From: Octopus vulgaris
Lineage: Eukaryota
Reading direction: 5' to 3'
Length of the DNA: 64,000 nt
Assembly (NCBI GenBank): GCA_951406725.2
Contig: OX597814.1
Location: forward strand, 156,612,001 to 156,676,000
Made by a program: the position numbers and the translations under genes
Notes under the pieces: generated by a model
What the model was told of the DNA's origin: nothing
Databases searched by the model: none
What the model saw: only the letters and a program-made list of their open reading frames with translations
Part shown: piece by piece, positions 23,961 through 37,582 of the stretch
Position numbering within the stretch: position 1 is the stretch's first letter
Layout of the letters: each line of letters opens with the position of its first letter

Positions 23961-26565
23961 TAATTTGTATCCATTGTCTGTAAAATAATATTTAAGGTAA
24001 GAAATAAAAATAAATTGTCAATAAAAGGAATGTATTTCAACATAAAAATTCAAATGATAATCTTAAAGAGAGAAAAATAAAACATTTTTTATGTGACAAA
24101 TCTTATAGAATAAATAAATAAATAAATAAATAAACAAAACATTCATATTTAACAAAAGAATTCATTATTGAAAGATTATTCCAATAAAAAGTAAAGATTA
24201 TTATTTCTATTTATATTTTTATTCAAATAGAATATTACATAATAACACCTAGCAATCATCAGATCAAAATATTAAGGTACCAATTCAAAAATTTAAGCTT
24301 TATCTTCAAAATGTTTAAATTATTAAATGTAAAGTGCTTTGAACAAAATTTCTAATTTATTTAAAGAGGGTCTGTAATGACATCTGACATATTAATGGAG
24401 TAAAGCAGAATTTACCCAAGTAAGTATTTTCATCCAGTATTATAAATATTACTCAACAAGTGTCTTTACAAACATAAATATACCTCAATGAGCAGTGGCT
24501 AAGGATACCAAGCTTAAATATTAAGAAATTTCAGTCAATGTAGTCAAAAACTTTTAAATGTTTGCACTGCTCATCTGAATAATTAACCCTGTAAAAGTAA
24601 GAATATGAAATGCTAACATGAAATTAAGAACATTTAAATTTAATCAAAATGAACCATCAATTTTTTTTTTTTTTTTTTACATATCTTAAAAAACAATCTG
24701 TCCATGAAAAATCACATTTGCAATCCAACTCTTTCAAAATATAATTATATGATGCACAAAAGGTTCTTGAAAAAGACCAGATTAGTAAAATGCTGAAAAG
24801 GGAAAATATCTGGAATTTGAATCTTGAGGATGCATTTCTCCGAGCAGATAATGTACTTTTGAGAATGATTCTAGTTGGATAGGAACATGAACAAACCTCC
24901 TTTTTCATCAAAACAAAATTTCTTTGTAAATATGTAATTGAAACTGAAAACTCAAAGCAAATTAATTTGTTTTCTTTTTTCTTTTAATACAGAAAATGAT
25001 AGCTAAAAATAGATTATTATTTATGGAAAAAAAAAATTTCTACGCATTGAAATAAGTCCAAGATTGGGTGTTAGATGTCTTCATCTAAAACTCATATAAA
25101 TGAATGACTACTTTCCCTAATTAAACTTCCATTATTTTATGCCAATATGGTTGAAATTATAATAATTATTTCAAAATCTCAAAGTTAGTTTTATCTCAAA
25201 ATATCAAAGAGAAATGGCTCTTAATTTCATAAACAAAAACTTCTTAGCCGATAATTTGTATGAAGCAAATGAAGATGGAACAACAGTATTTGAATATTTT
25301 GCAAAGTTTCTAGTATTTGACTGGCCCAAGTTAAAATGCTGCTGAGATAGATTTTGCTTTTATTTCCCTTGAGGTTAATAAAAATGAAATATAAAATGAA
25401 GACCAAAATCAATTTAGAATGCCTCATCCTCTTCAAAGGCGCTTTGTGCCAAGAGAACAAGAAATCAATATCTGTAAGATGCCATCAGTTATTCTATATA
25501 TTCATCTACCAAATTAGAAATTTGTTAAATTTAACAGAAGACAAGCAGAGAAACCCACAGAGAATTGCTGTCATTTTAGGAGCCGTTCAAGAGAAGATGG
25601 ACATGTTTACATCATCTTGCAGTAGAACTCATATCCTCCCATGAGTCAAGAACTGACAATGGAAAATCTCCTTTACTGCATCTTTCCATGAACCACTACC
25701 TAAAAATGAAGTCTTCAATATACCCTCACTGTTGTAAGATGTTGTAGGACGATTGATAAATGACAAGCAACAGATTATATTGATTATTTGTGTGGAAAGC
25801 ACATAGAATCAGGAAGATAAAAGACATTGCAATTATCAAATAAAGAAACTTAGGAAATATTTTAACACAAGCTTTTGAAAGATTTCCATTTACGTTTGGA
25901 AAAGCCAAACTGGCTTAACAGTATTTTATCATTTGAGAATTCAGATGGTTGCTCCTTATAGGGCCTTATGATGAAGGTATCTGAGGACTATCCCCATGAC
26001 CTTCTCAGGAATAGAGGACATTGAAAATGGATGGATGAATAGATAGATAGAAAGATGGAAGCATTTAGAATCTGACTATTAGAAATATTCTCTTTCCACA
26101 ATAGATAAAATGATGTAATAAAGTTATATGTTTTGGTAGAAATTCAAATATTTCAATACTTAATTTTAAAATTTTAATTTCCACTGTTGATAACAGACAC
26201 AGCTATAATTATTTCTAACACAGGGATGAAGTCTGAAAGTTACAAGAAGGGAGTTAATCAATAACATCCACCCCAATACTTAACTGGTACTTTGGTTTAT
26301 CAACCATAAATGAATAAAAGGGAAAAAGAGCCCTTAGAAGGGCTCTTTGAACTCAGAAAGTAAAGAGCCGAAACAAATACTTAATGACTCAAACATCCAC
26401 TGCTCTTTAGAGTGCCAGATTTGTGGTATTTAGTTTCAGCCTTTTAGGTTCCTTGTTCAAATTCTGCCTAGGTCAAATTTACCTTTTCTTCTTACAAAGT
26501 AAATAAAATGAGGTACAGGGTTCAATATAAGCGACTGTTCTATTGAACAAAATTTTTTGTGTTGA

Positions 26566-27020
26566 CCACCAGATAAGGGATCGTGGGACCCTATCAAAGG
26601 CTTTCTCCAAGTCAACAAAAGCCAAGACAGAGGTTTATCTATGGCGAGATATTTCTCCTGTAGTTACCTTACCAGAAATATAGCATCAGTGGTGCTTCTG
26701 CCTGGCACAAAACCAAACTGCATCTCATCTAGGCTAACTCTCTCCCTAATTAGTTGGGCTATGACCTTCTCTGTAACTTTCGTCACTTGATACAATAATT
26801 TGATACCCCTGTAGTTATTTCTATCTAAAGCATCACCTTTACCTTTGTATCAGTTAACTATGGTGCTGCTACACCAGTCATTGGGTATGACTCGTTCATG
26901 AACTACCTGATTTACGATGCGGGTAACATGACCATAACCCACACCGCCTGATATTTTAAGCATCTCAACAGTGATTCCTGATGGGCCAGGTGCTTTCCCT
27001 GTCTTCATATCCTTAATTAC
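26566..27020 (-). mobile_element. RTE-clade reverse transcriptase internal fragment
   Basis: MKTGKAPGPSGITVEML...YKGKGDALDRNNYRGIKLL...QFGFVPGRSTTDAIF...AFVDLEKAFDRVPR, with stops and a frameshift. Confidence 0.92.
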
Positions 27021-27859
27021 TGAAAAAATATATCTGAAAACTTTAGAAATACTCTACAATCTAGGTGTATTGCAAAAGTCGGCATTACTTGAAACTGCAC
27101 ACATATTGTATAAAGTACTGTATGTCTGAGGTCCTTGTAACTTGACAAACAGTACAAAACCCAGGAAGACACAATATCTTCAATCAACAACCTCACGATA
27201 TTGTATACAGTGCAATGTTTATAATAACAATGATAATGATAATAACCATGCATACTAGCAGAGAAAGTTTTCAGGCTAGATGCTCTACCTAATGCAAACA
27301 ACACAACTATAACAAGCCAACAAGAGAGCTTTTATATGATCTCTGTCTTAACCTTCTAAAACTAACAACAAAACCTTCCTTAAATCACATTCTGCCATCT
27401 AAAAGTAAAAAAAAAAAAAAAGACAGGGCTGTCAAAGCTGGAAAGCCTTCAACCATAGACCTATTTCACAAGGCAGTAAGGGTAAACAAAACAGCTCAAC
27501 CATACAATAACTGTACAACCTATAGTAAATCAGACAGATTGAGGTTTACATTATGTACCTTGCTTAAGGACATAACACAATGGCTGCAGTATGGGTTGAA
27601 ATAATGTCTACTAGTTGTGTATCACCTGAACTTTGGTTCAATTGTCCTTTATATATTCTGTTAAAATTATAGTTAATACTGCACAACCAAAATATAATAA
27701 AAGCATATGGAAAAATAAATAAAAACATATACAGAAACAAAACTTTCTGTTAACAGCTCCAATCAGTATTTTCTAATTGCAAATGAACACTCAATAACGA
27801 TATATATCACCTGTTAGTAAGCATAAACAAAACCATTGGAAGAATCAGGATTAAGTGCA

Positions 27860-28390
27860 AGCATGGCTATGTGTTTAAAAAGATTACCTCCCAAGCATGG
27901 GGCCTTGGGTTCAGTTCTGCTGCATGGAATACTGGGCAAGTGTCTTCTACTATAGCCCTGAACCAAGCAAAACTGTGTGAGTAGATTCGGTAAACAGAAA
28001 TTGAAAGCCCATTGTAAGTAAATGTATGAGTGTGTGTGTGTGTGTGCTTATCTTTACATGTCATGGTTGTAAAGGAACAACATCATCATAACAAATGATA
28101 TTTGTTTCCAGTTGTCCAGGTAAAACTTGACTGGCTGTGGGGAAATATTACCTTCATTGGAAACAGGTAAGGTGTGGTAACAGGAAGGGTATGTGGTCAT
28201 AGAAAATCAGCCATAACAAAATCCATCTGACTCATGCAAGCAGAGAAAGGTGAGTATTAAATGATGATGATGGTGATGATGATGATGACTGATGATGATG
28301 ATGATGTGATAACGAAGATGACGATAATAATGATGACAATGATAATGATGATGATGACAACAATAGTAATGATGACGACGATGATGGATA
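27860..28390 (+). mobile_element. Family B-head SINE with RTE-like tail and long (GAT)n
   Basis: B-type head followed by ggaaatattacc...catgcaagca...ttaaatgatgat. Confidence 0.7.
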
Positions 28391-29163
28391 TGAAGTATAA
28401 ACTGAGCAATGTAAACTAACTTCTCGAAATATTAGTCTATAAATAAACCAGCTATCTTCAATTTCTCATCTGGAAAAATTATTATTTTTCTGTCAAAAGT
28501 TTACAACAGAGTTCTTGATTGACCAAAATCAATATATATATATATATATATTTACCAATCAAAATATATTTGGGTGAGCAATATAATTTCTGTTGTGCAT
28601 CATTTTATTCATTTGTTCATCGTTTTATTTTTATATTGATTAACCTTATGGCGCATCGTTGGTGTGATCAATCACAGAAGATCAAAGCAAATTAATTTTG
28701 ACTTTGATCTCATATGACTTTATAAATAACATAAATTAACTAGAAAATCTGAGATGAATTTGTCTCAAATTTGCATGCAATTTTAGAAAATTCAATCCAT
28801 AACAAAAATGTTACAAAACAAAAAGTTGGTTGATGAAAATTAGCATCAGTTTTATTCTTTATAAAAACAACTATTTGAAAACAATAGCATCAGGTTTTCA
28901 ATTGGTTATTCACTGGTTCACTGCATTTCTGATTATTAGAGTGACAAAGAATTGACTAACTTGATGCAGAACAAATATCTCAAGGGAGTTGATTTATAAA
29001 ATCCTACCTTCTCGTTTTCATGCTGATGCTCATGTCTTTGACCAAATCTACTCATGCATGCATGCATTCATTCACACGTGTGTGTGTGAGAGAGAGAGAG
29101 AGAAAGAGAGTGTGATAGTGCTGAAAAATGTCTTTCTTTCGTTCGTTCGTTCATTCGTACGTA

Positions 29164-29790
29164 CACTTTCGCCATAACATATCTTTACTCTTGTTACACT
29201 GTCTTCTGCACATGTGTGCTTATAGTTGGTAATATTGTGGTGACATGATCAAAGTTTGAGAATCTGATTGTGCCACTTTTCTTTCTGGCTTTACAGTGTA
29301 AGCATGGCTGCTCTACTAGCAATGTGCACCAAAGAAGAACAAAGAGCAAAGATCCGAGAGATGGTAATGGTGAACCGGTTCACCATTATCACATCTCGAG
29401 CTTGCTGAATCTTCTCAGTGGTCTAGGTTGGCAGGTGCCCTGCTCCTTGTTCGTGCATCATGCTTCTGCGGCCACTTTTAAACTTCTTGATCCACTCATA
29501 TACACTTCTGCACAATAGTGTACTGTCTTGTTATTGCACTAAAAGCCTCTGATGAATTTTAGCACCTGACACACCTTCTGACCAGAGAAATCGGATCACT
29601 GCTCTTTGTCCTTCTTTGGTGCCCGTTACTAGTGGAGCGGTCATACTTACACTGAAAAATGGCAGGATCAGGCTCAAACTTCGATCATGTGAACATAATA
29701 GTGCCAACTATTATCACGCATGTGCAGAAGGCAGTGTGACAATAATAAAGATATGCTATTGTGAAAGTGCGAATAATTTTTGACTTACAC
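29164..29790. mobile_element. Mariner-derived fold-back element made of two transposase 5' ends
   Basis: The plus strand gives MAALLAMCTKEEQRA. The minus strand gives ..TKEGQRAVIRFLWSEGVSGAKIHQRL...SVYEWIKKFKSGR (mariner HTH region). Inverted arms are ~190 bp. Confidence 0.85.
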
Positions 29791-30384
29791 ACACAAAATT
29801 TTTTCACCTTTGTTGAATTTTACCTTTCTGTGTGTGTGTTTGTGTGTTTGCTACTTTGTTTGATCTAACAAATGCACACACATAGAGGGACATACACATG
29901 CATGTGTGCATGTACTCATACACATCTCCACAAACTCACTGTCTCCTCCCATTCTCTGTCACCTTTTGTCACGCACACATGCATGCACACATACACACAC
30001 AATTTTTTTGCTTAGTTTTCATCTAACAGATTTCAGTCACAAGACAGTGATCAACCTAAGGTCAAAGCAGAACACACCTGCTCAGGTGTTGTACAGTGAA
30101 GCCGCAATCATACAGTTATGAAGAAAACTTCATAATCATACAACCATGAATACATTGTATTTTTGTTCAGATTTTCTTTCTCTTGATTACAGAAGGAAAA
30201 AAAATCGCTAGAGTGTTAGAGTAACTGTTTTTATAATTGGATGCCCTTTCTATGAGTAAGTGCACTTCTGTGATGCAGCAGTTACACCTGTTCCTAGGAA
30301 AGTTATAAAATCTAATTAAAAAGTCTTACCATATTACTAGTATTAGAAAACATGTTATTAAAACTGACATAACATGTTTTGTAA

Positions 30385-30612
30385 TGCAAATGGCCCAGTG
30401 GTTAGGGCGGCGGACTCGCAGTCGGAGGATCGCGGTTTCGATTCCCACACCAAGCGTTATGTGTGTTTATTGAGTGAAAACACCTAAAGCTCCACAAGGC
30501 TCCAGCAGGGGGTGGTGGCAACCCCTGTTGTACTCTTTGAAGGCGGCGAGCTGGCAGAATTGTTAGCACACTGGGCGAAATGCTTAGCAGTATTTCACCT
30601 GCCGTTATTGTT
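30385..30612 (+). mobile_element. SINE family D 5' half joined to a family A head
   Basis: tggcccagtggttagg A box and ggtttcgattccc B box; inverse match to 46635-46795. Confidence 0.75.
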
Positions 30613-32119
30613 GAAATTCTCATAATGCTCTTTATATTTGATACAATTTATTTTTTTCACATAAATTCTTTCAAATTATACTCCTCACTTGAGCATAGCC
30701 TAAGCTAAACTTATTTCTATTAGCATGCCAAATACATACAAATGAACATTATAAAAACCAGCTAATTATCTTATACTGAAATATAAAATAGTCAAACTCC
30801 AAGTAATTATTGTTAAAATGAAGAGATAAGATGATGAAATATTAGTGACATCAGCTGTCAATTGAAACAGTAATAAGATATCATAGAAAAAATACTTTTT
30901 TAAATATTCCTTCAGAAATTCTGCTTAAGAAAGTTAAGTGTCTTCATGCTTAGAAGACAATGGGACCGAATATCGGTGAATTATAAAACATGGATCATCC
31001 CTTCATGAATATACCTTTGTTTATTCATATTTGGATATTTTTATTTGAATGTTCAATAACAAATTTATTTGTAGTGAATCTCATAAATGTGATTCTGTAT
31101 TTTGTAATGTATAGACAGCAGAAGCCTTTGTCTCCAAAGGGTTAAGTAAATAATAGCTTATAGATTACAAGTAAATAACAGTTTGCTGGAAAGATACAGT
31201 AAAAGGATTTCTAAGTGCAGGAACCATAATGTTAATAACAAACTAACGTCAATTAAGAGAGGAGAAACAAGCATCAGAAATCTGAAATCTGCAATGAATG
31301 AGATTAATCCTAATTGAACAAACCAAATAAACATACATTTACTGTATACTCTAACAGAATAAATAGAATTAATTGCTCGACTATCTGTAATTAGAGGTAT
31401 CCAGAAATCAGTATTCAACCTCATTGATTTTAGGGGATGGCTGTGAGTTGCAATGTTAGTAGAACAAGAAAAACTGCTACAACCAGGAATAAAACATAGC
31501 TTGCCTGATCATTCATGGGGAGGCTATTACATAAACAATAGACCTTATTTCAATGTTCAATATTAAACTCAAAATTATACAAACACACAGACATGCACTG
31601 TATATATAACACACTTATCTGCAGTGAAATTTGTACTTTTAGTATATATTATTATCTACTCGAAATTGGTAATCTGCTGCCTTGTATATCATATAACATT
31701 CCAAGAGTTACAGCATCAGTCCAAGCTAAAATGCTCACTGTCTAAATGGTCAAGAGATTCAAGGCTCTCTGTACAATAAATGAATACTTTATTATATTGC
31801 AATACAGAGTACAAATCACAAATTAGCAACGGAAAACTCCAGCCACTATTTGTCTATTCTTGAATCACTGCCAGAGTCTTCTATGATGTCCCAATGACCT
31901 AAAATATTACACAATTCATTAAAAATAATCATTACTACTGTCATTAAAGATCAATCATTCACAGATCTCTGGTACCCCTTGATAATGCACAATTCAAATT
32001 TATAGAGTATTAAGAGGATGACAGACAAATATACCAAGATAAGGAATATAGTTTATTATCAAGAGGAAAGCACTTTCCATGAGAAATGCTTAATTCATTA
32101 CTACAAATTGAAACGAGTA

Positions 32120-32405
32120 AAGACTCCCTACGGTCATGAATGACCATGGGATTGCACCTAGAAGGTTACCCTCCAAGGCACAAGTCAGGGCAAGGTTGTT
32201 TATGGAAGACCAGCCTTCCCTCTCCAAGGGAAAGGCAAAGGCCAATACAGCTTGGCACCAGTGACATTGCAACTCACTTCTACTGCTGAGTTAACTGGAA
32301 TGTGAAATAAAGTGTCTTGCTCAAGAATACAACACACAACCTGGACTGGGAATTGAATTCTCTATCTCATGATTGTGAGTCCAATGCTCTAACCACTGAG
32401 CCAGG
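32120..32405 (-). mobile_element. tRNA-derived SINE (family C-related head)
   Basis: gaaataaagtgtcttgctcaaga...ctctaaccactgagcc is the reverse of a tRNA-like head. Confidence 0.65.
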
Positions 32406-33171
32406 CAATGACACACTTATTACTTTTACAGTTGAGCTATTTGTTAAAGTGGTGATTTACATGCTATATTATGGTATCTGCTTACATCTAGATAGACTGT
32501 TGCATTGACAAAAACCAGCAATAATGAGAGAAATATGAACTGCCAATCCTCAGCTGATTGCATTACATTGTATAAACTTAGAAATCCAGGGCATTTTAAT
32601 GCCATTGTGCTGCTGCTGCTGCTGCTGCTACTACTATTACTACTGCTGCAACAACTACCAACAATGTATTTAATAGTGCAAGTTTAATCATTTCTTACAA
32701 GTAGGAGTAATATTATCATGTTTGCAGAAATGAAGCTGGCATCATGATGTGAAGAACAACCCATCATCCAGAGGCAATGTATTGCACCAATACGAAATAA
32801 TTCAAAAGTGAAAATATTTATTATAATAATAATAATAATAATAATAATAATTAAATCATTGTATACAGTGCTCAGGTGCACCACAACTTGTCAAAAGTGC
32901 ATATAAAGCATATGGTGGCTGTGACAGAAGATTTAATGAGTGATTCCTGAATTCCGATGAAATTACACCTTCAATGTGTATTACAGTATCAGTATCTTCC
33001 AACATTGCTGAAGGGAAGAGGTAGGACATCAGTAATTAGAAATTCATATATATTAAAGAGCTACAATTAAATTCTGTAACTGGAGAAGAAGAATCCTAAA
33101 ATAATTACTTTCCAAAGAAGAAATACTGATGTGGAATTCTTACATAGATAGGTATCAGATTTATTTATTGT

Positions 33172-33485
33172 GCATGACTTAGTGGTTAGGGTATTCAGCT
33201 CATGATCATAAGGTCAAGAGTTCAATTTCCAGCAACATGTTGTATCCTTCAGCAAGATACTTTATTTCATGTTGCTTCAGTCCACTCAACTGGCAAAAAT
33301 GAGTAGTACCTGTATTTCAAAGAGCAAGCTTTGTCACATTCTGTGTTACACTGAATATCCCTGTCAACTATGTTAAGGGTACACATGTCTGTGGAGTGGT
33401 CAGCCACTTGCATGTTCATCTCACAAATGAGCTGTTCCATTGATCAGATCAGCTGAAATCCTCATTGTCATCGTGACATAATGCC
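33172..33485 (+). mobile_element. SINE family C variant
   Basis: ttagtggttaggg A box; inverse match to 3135-3440. Confidence 0.7.
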
Positions 33486-34091
33486 ATTTATCTATTGCAA
33501 ATGGTATGTAGACTCTGCAAGATGCTTAACATTTTCCAAAAGATATTAGTGACATTGAGTAAAGGGAAATAGATACAACAGGAAACAGAAGTAGTAACTT
33601 TCATTTACTAGAAACTTACTTAATGAAGTTGATGAACCTTACATTAGTCATGATGAAGTAGATTTATTATGGAAAATATTCCAATCATCATTAACCCACT
33701 TTTTTTCCATTTAGGCATCAGACTACATTATCCAAAATGTTCTTTTTTAAAGACGAGAGTATAATTTGAGAGAGATTTGGCTGTTATTTCTAAAAGGTGT
33801 TGCAACCTTGATTCATAACTCAAGAATTGTTGTTGTTTACCCCAAGGTTAGCCTTGACTGATTAGATCTATGATCAAAAGCTTTCTAGTCATGGCTCTTT
33901 GTATTCTGAATTCATATCCTGCCTAGTTCAACTTAGCCCTTCATCACTATAGTACTTAACCAGAGTAGTGGAGTGGCAGAACTGTTAGAAGACTGGGCGA
34001 GTTGACTGGCGGTAACTGCTTTAGTTCTTTTATTCAGACAGCAAAATCTGTGATGATTCTGGAACCATACTGTATCAGTCCAATTGGCACC

Positions 34092-34182
34092 TTTTCTATT
34101 AAAGAGATATCAGTGGCATTAAAAGGGGAGACTTGTAGAATGGACAAATGGTAGTCTTCCTCAAAAGAAGTTTTACTCAGGC
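34092..34182 (-). CDS. Weak candidate exon (G)LSKTSFEEDYHLSILQVSPFNATDISLIEK
   Basis: tttgtgcag acceptor in phase 1, matching the upstream candidate at 35927; the donor AAG|gtgcca is weak. Confidence 0.15.
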
Positions 34183-34525
34183 CTGCACAAATATATGCAG
34201 ATACATGGTCAATGCTGACTGACAATGTCACATACAAGTGTGAGTGTGTGTGTGATAGAGAGAGAGAGAAGGGAAAGGAGAGACAGAGAATGGAGAGAAC
34301 AGAAGAAAATGAGAGAGAAACAAAGAAAAGTACAAATTACACACATCTACAAAATCAATAATATCTTAAAAGGAATTCAATTGATAAGCTAATAAAAATG
34401 AAGTGAAGGAAGATCTATCAGAAGTAAATAATGACCTTGAATTAGACAATCTGACAAGGTCATACTATCTATGGTTCATGCCAAATTAGAAGGGAAAGAA
34501 AGAATATAAAATAAAATCACTAAAA

Positions 34526-34662
34526 CGATGATGATGATGACAACAATGATGATGACGACAATGATGATGACAACAATGATGATGACGACAATGATGATGA
34601 GAATGATGCTGATCATGATGATGATGGTGGTGGTGGTGGTGGTGGTGGTGGTGGTGATGATA
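34526..34662. repeat. (GAT)/(GAC)/(GGT) compound microsatellite
   Basis: Direct reading. Confidence 0.95.
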
Positions 34663-35926
34663 ATAGTATACCAAATGTTATTGTTTGTATAAAACAAGTA
34701 ACGTAAAGGTGTCCCCAAATGTTTAAGTCAAATTATGAAATAATTTTAACAATAAACAGAAAATGTGTCAACTGAAGTGGAAACCTTCATTGACGCTAGA
34801 CTTGCTTTATCAAACCAAAGAGTTTTACATGCAACTAAGTAATATTAACATAACATAAGCAATAAATACATAAAGTATGAGCCAAAGTGCAAGTAAACAA
34901 CTAATAATATTTATTCACAAATTAGTGGGAGTAAAAAAAAAATTGATTGCAAAGGACTGAGTCTATTTAAAGTGAAAACTGGCCATTTTTTATATGGAAA
35001 TAATGTGTAGTACTGTGGACAAGATGAAAGAGGAGCAAAACCACACAGCAGTGAATTTTAAATACGTGTGCGAACTGATGAATTATATAGAACTTGCTAT
35101 TTTGATAATCTAATCAACTGCATCATTGTAAACTAAAACATAATGTTACACTTTTGCTTGAATTTAATTTTCTTCTTCCATTATTACTTTTATTTTTTTT
35201 TTTTTTACTAATTTTAATAAATCATTAAAAATATTTTTTTTTTTTTAATAATTGAAAATTTTGAAATACTCAAGAAACCCTACAGATGTCATTGATTAAA
35301 CTTTGTTTCCGAGGCTGGTGTTTTAATTATTGAACGTAATTTCAGTTTTAATAGTATGTTAGAGGAAATATCATGCATACATTTGGCAGCTATATTTTTC
35401 AATTTCTGAGGAGACGAAGAAAAAAGAATGAGGCTGCCATTATGATAAAGCTGAAGGAAAAAACATTAAAATATTTCAATGTAACATTAAATATTTGCTT
35501 CAAATTAGATAAAATAGACATTTGCATGCCTTGTGAGTTCCAATTAATGAAAACAGCATTGCAGATTACAGAATTAAAACCGCCTTGAATTTCAGCAGTA
35601 AGTTATTATTTTTGTCATCTGATTGACTAGACTTTAGCAAAATTGTCAGCAAATGTATATTTTATGTTTATTAATATATTATGTTTTCATGGTTAATTTT
35701 ACAAATTTATCACAGCTGACATTTGCTTTAGATAATAAAACATTAATAGAAACAAACAATGCAACTTCAGTTAGGAAAATAAAGATAGCCATTTTGTGCA
35801 TGTATGTATGCATATGATGTGTAATAGTTGTGCATAATAAACTTACTTGAGAGGTGAGGTTAGTGAAATACATTTTCTATCAAAATATGCACAGGTTACA
35901 CAATAAATTGTTTGTTGTCAACTCAC

Positions 35927-36035
35927 CCCAGATGGCCAAATGGCGCTGTGAACACAACCTCGGTTGCAATAGCTCAATGACTCCGTCTACAAAAGTTGGA
36001 CGCACTAGGTATAAAAATGTGCTGGTAAATACATA
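35927..36035 (-). CDS. Candidate internal exon ..RPTFVDGVIELLQPRLCSQRHLAIWG
   Basis: Strong donor TGGG|gtgagt at 35926; acceptors possible at 36035 (phase 0) or 36004 (78 nt, phase 1-1); open frame; locally CpG-rich unique sequence. Confidence 0.4.
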
Positions 36036-37314
36036 CTGAAGATGACACCACGAAAACAGACCAATTTTACAGAATACATAGGAGAGAAAGTGTGATATAA
36101 ATGCAACTGGTACAGCAAGCAACAAAATGGACATGAGAAGATAATGGTATTACACTGCACCAAAACATATAAAGATATATATATATATATGTATGTATGT
36201 ATGTATTTATATATATATATATATATAAGCATGCTAATCAAATATATACTATTTGCAATTATACACAAGACAGAACATGAAGAAACTAGCAAACACTGAT
36301 AATATAACTTTGAAATTATTGCAACTGTACAAAAACCAAAAAAGCAGATACACACTCTGAAGCAAAGAACTGATACCAACTACATAATATCAACATATGA
36401 CCCATGCAAGTATCAAACTGAATGATTAATCTGGATCAATGGTCAAGCAAAACTCACTCAAATGAACAGCTGTATTGTTATGAAGCAAAATCTATACAAC
36501 TACTAAATCATATTACTATATTTATGTTAGCTATTAGGTAGAATTAGTAATGAAGCAGAGGAAATAGGTTCAATTTAGTAAATAGTTACAATCTTACTCC
36601 TATTTTACATTACACAACAGGTCCGGTAACAATGTATATAATAAAAGATTGAATCAATAACTACAGGACATAGGAATACCATTCACTTAATGCTAAGCAT
36701 TATTTGTAACAATGTTATAAGCAAGATTGAACATGCTACAATTAGTAATCATATAGTTTTAATTAATTATCTGTATGCTTAAGTGTTGGTAAGGTAGCTG
36801 ATGAATCAAAAGTTTGTATTCACTGCAAACATTTAATTTTCTCAGTGCAGATCACATCTTCATGCCTCAATCACTCACAATGATGAATTTAGATATTTCA
36901 TCTTCACATAATACTGTCTATAATAAACTGACTGAGTGAGATTGTAAACTTATTCTTGTGGCTTATGAGTTTCTGTGATTTGAAGAGACTGGAATATTAT
37001 TGTGCCTTTGGTAGAATGGTTACTTCATGTTTTTTTTTCCATCTCACAAATGAATTGGATAGTAGATGCACTATTTTATTCACTTTTCTTTTTATTGTTC
37101 TCAAAAGTCCATAAAAGATGACTGTGTGACCTTATATCATATGAACAGACATTTTGAAAGTAACTTGCATGTCAGAAAATATTGAGAATATAATAAGATG
37201 AAATTAAAGGAGGCTACAGATGATCACATGAGAACATTATTGGTCTACTTATCAACGAATGGCAGATAAGGAGAGATGATAAACGGTATGCTGAACATTA
37301 TAATGTAAACATTA

Positions 37315-37582
37315 AATAAAAAAAATAATAAATGCGCCCTTTTAAAGCCTAGCCAGGCTCATGGGCCCAGTTTCCCGGTTTCAATAGCGTATGTGTTCCC
37401 CAGCTGGACAGGACGCCAGTCCATCGCAGTGTTACTCATTTTTGCCAGCTGAGTGGAGACTGGAGCAATGTGAAATGAAGTGTTTTGCTCAAGAACACAA
37501 CGCGTCGCCTGGTCCAGGAATCGAAACCACAATCTTACGATCATGATGCTGACACCCTAACCACTAAGCCACGTGCCTCCAC
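37315..37582 (-). mobile_element. Young SINE family C
   Basis: Intact A and B boxes; 13-bp TSD aatgtaaacatta (37302-37314, 37583-37595). Confidence 0.9.
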
